This document shows positions 61,225 to 64,000 of a stretch of 64,000 nt of DNA, piece by piece. The translations under genes were made by a program, and so were the position numbers. Below the pieces are notes generated by a model. The model was not told where the DNA came from, ran no database searches, and saw only the letters and a program-made list of their open reading frames with translations. How positions within the stretch are numbered: the first letter of the stretch is position 1; the number at the start of each line of letters is the position of its first letter. Origin of the DNA: Mobula hypostoma (taxonomy: Eukaryota); the NCBI RefSeq assembly GCF_963921235.1, contig NC_086109.1:21330001-21394000 (forward strand). The letters are read 5' to 3'.

Positions 61225-61907
61225 TGCAATTGTGAAGAAAGCATGACAGTGCCTCTACTTCTTTAGGAGTCTGTGGTGACTCGACATGACATCCAAAACA
61301 TTGACAAACTTCTATAGATGTATAGTGGAGCATTACAGCCTGTTATGGAAACATCAATGCCTTTGAACAGAATGTCCTACGAAAGGTAGTGGATTCAGCC
61401 CAATACATCATGGGTAAAGACTCTCCCAACCACTGAGCACATCGACAGGAAGTGCTATCGTAGGAAAACAAAATCCATCATCGGAGATCCCCACCAACTA
61501 GATCATGCTCTCTTCTCACTGTTGCCATCAGGTAGAAGGTACAAAACCCTCAGGACTCGCACCAGGTTCAAGATTAGTTTCTAACCCACAACCATTAGAC
61601 TCTTGAATAAAAGGGGATAACTACACTCAGTTGCCCCAACATCGACATCTTCCCACAACCAATGATCTCACTTTCAAGGACCCTTTATCTCATTACCTCA
61701 TATTCTCGTTATTTATTGCTATTTATTTATATTTGCATTTGTTCAGTTTGTTGTCTTTGGCACTCTGGTTGATCTTTCATTGATCCTGTTATAGTTACTA
61801 TTTTATAGATCTGCTGAGTATGCCAACAAGGAAGTGAAGCTCGGGGCTGTATATGGTGACATATATGTACTCTGATAATAAAATTTACTTTGAAGTTTTC
61901 GAACTTT
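61225..61907 (+). mobile_element. Rex1/Babar LINE 3' end
   Basis: Homologous to 27260-27958; aataaaatttactttgaa tail. Confidence 0.8.
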
Positions 61908-62129
61908 AGATTACGCGTTGACTCAGTGAGGTAGTCAGTGATGATCAATAGCCATTGCATCAATCTGCTGGTGAGACGCAGATGAGCAGAATCAAGGAAA
62001 ATACTCATAAAGACTCATCCTCATACATCATCTTGCTTTGCAGAGTTAAAACCTCATCAGAAAATCTTCCAGGCCATAACTGACTACAGTTTGCATCCTA
62101 TTTGCGAATGCATCATGAATTGCAAATAT

Positions 62130-62362
62130 AACGCAGTGGTTAGAATAACGCTATTACACCAACCGCGCCTTGGATCAATTCTGCCACTGTCTGTAAGAAA
62201 TATTTTACGTTCTCCCCTTGACCGCGTGGGTTTCCTCTGGGTGCTCTGGTGTCCTCCCACATTCCAGGCATACGGTTTAGTAGGTCAATGGTCACATGGG
62301 TGTCGTTGGGCAGCTCTGGCTTATTGGGCAAGAAGGGCCTGTTACATCTCTAAATAAATAAC
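62130..62362 (+). mobile_element. V-SINE/HE1-like SINE
   Basis: ctgtctgtaag..cgttctcccc.tgaccgcgtgggtttcctctgggtgctctggtgtcctcccacattcc..tctaaataaataa. Confidence 0.7.
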
Positions 62363-62863
62363 TAAAGCAGTAATTAATTCCTGTAAATTATTCTGCCTCC
62401 TAAGGTGCAGCTGAAACACTGGTGTTAGTATTTTGAAGAACATCTAAAGAGGCAGATTTCCTATGGTTGTTTTAAATTAATTTTCAATCATCGCTTGATG
62501 GATTTGTTATTTGAATATCATACAACACCAAGATTCATGCCCACAGGGCTATTGGTGCATCATAAACAGTAAAGATGCTTGAGCTTGGTAAACCCTAGTT
62601 TACAGAGGCAGAAGTTGAAGCCAAATCTATGGAACGCGGCCTAGTGAAACAATTCAGTCATGGTGAAGTAGTGAGTGTTTAGACCAATGAGCAAGTATAA
62701 TGCACTATACTGAGATACTGTTGAAATAGCACAAGTTTGCAGTCCTAAACTGTATTTGGTATGGATTAGAGATAAGGTTAGACATGTTCATATTGACTGG
62801 ATAATTATGACAAGAGAGATATCTGAAAGTTCACAGAAAAACGTAACCACATTTTTATTTCAG

Positions 62864-62914
62864 AAAAAAAAAAGGTACTGTGCCAACTGCTGACGAGGAG
62901 ACACATTGAGAGAG
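62864..62914 (+). CDS. Candidate 51-bp internal coding exon of an unidentified host gene
   Basis: tttttatttcag acceptor; GAG|gtgagt donor; length divisible by 3; open only in phase 1 (xKKKVLCQLLTRRHIER). Confidence 0.3.
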
Positions 62915-63339
62915 GTGAGTTAAGATATCACACATGCTTCAGGTACAGAAACTCAAAGACAGTTAAGAAAGTCTCAGCTCCTGTAACTGCTGTGCATACT
63001 TGAGAATGTTTCACACTTTGTTTTCAAAGAGGGAACGCAAAGTGGTATTTTTGTTTAAAGATATGCAAACAAGTTACATGAATATGTAAGAAAATAACAT
63101 AATCTTTAAGTTTTGTTGTTAGTCTGTAAATATGCTTCAAAGCTCCGAGTGTTACCTAGAAATTTCAAATGTAGAGTTTACAAGCAGCATAAGACTGGTT
63201 ACAGATCACCTCCATAAATTGTACTTTGTAGGCAATGAATGAATTGTCTTCCTTTCCTTTTCTTATGCTATTAATATTTTGGTTGGATGGATTTAAAGTG
63301 TAATTCTATGTTTCTTGTGTAGAATTACAAGCTCTATCC

Positions 63340-64000
63340 AACCAATGAATTTACAGCTCAGGAAAAAGCCAATTAGCCCAATGAGTTCAACCTATATATA
63401 TGCCCCACACAGCCCTCCTTCCTCCCCTCATGCTACTAATGTGCCCTTCGATTATTCTCTTGCCTATTTTGCAGTTTCACTTTAAATGTATCTAAAGTAT
63501 TTGGTTCCAGCGTTCCATGTGGTAGCAAGTTTCAACTTCTCACCATTCTCTGAGAACAGAGTTATGGACTCCTCATTGGATCTGTTATTGACTGTTGTAT
63601 TTATGGCCTCTAGATCTACTATAAATGCATAATGTATAGATCTCCTACAAAGTCTTTCATATACTTGCCTTTTATTGGAATACCCTCCTACTGGAACACC
63701 CCCCTCTGTCTTCTCTTTCTAGAGAAAAGAATCCCAGTCTGTTCAGTATTACCTGATCAATCATATCTTTGTAAATATTTTTGCATCTCTGGTATCTTTT
63801 GCAGGAGTAGTGATTTGCACAATATCTCAAGCATGATCTATTACTTTCACTAGTCTCACTAAAAAGGTTTCTGTCTGCTAAGCCTCTTCTGTACCTTCTC
63901 CTTGAACTCAGCTCCTTAAAATATGATATGTAAAAATGGAAACAACATTTCCACTGTGACTTAACCAATAATCTGTATAGGTTTATCACAACCTTATGCT
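63340..64000 (-). mobile_element. Very old CR1 3' fragment
   Basis: LYRLLVKSQWKCCFHF..; LNRLGFFSLER on the minus strand. Confidence 0.55.

Noticed and set aside
1..64000. CRISPR arrays, rRNA/tRNA genes, prokaryotic operons
   Set aside because: None seen. The sequence is eukaryotic repeat-rich DNA, and tRNA-like boxes occur only as SINE heads.

Overview
Repeat-dense vertebrate DNA with no intact host gene. The CR1/Rex1/Penelope/V-SINE/Deu-SINE repertoire suggests a cartilaginous fish (inference). The standout is a Gypsy-type LTR retrotransposon at 486-5151 (TG..CA LTRs, tRNA-Ser-type PBS, PPT, 5-bp TSD GATAG). Its RT/RNaseH/integrase region is replaced by an intronless, full-length copy of the host gene SUDS3 (Sin3-HDAC subunit), joined in frame behind the gag zinc knuckle and protease. 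An antisense, intron-free fragment of a second host gene, RNF213 (RING region), sits inside the SUDS3 copy between 10-bp direct repeats. A Penelope element carrying a hammerhead ribozyme and a Rex1 3' end inserted later. The rest of the window holds CR1 LINEs (one near full length), Rex1/Babar LINEs, Penelope copies, two solo LTRs, Tc1/Harbinger/hAT non-autonomous transposons, SINEs, an old Gypsy remnant and one candidate 51-bp exon. Protein identifications come from recalled orthologue sequences, not from database searches. Boundaries not tied to a TSD or codon are approximate.
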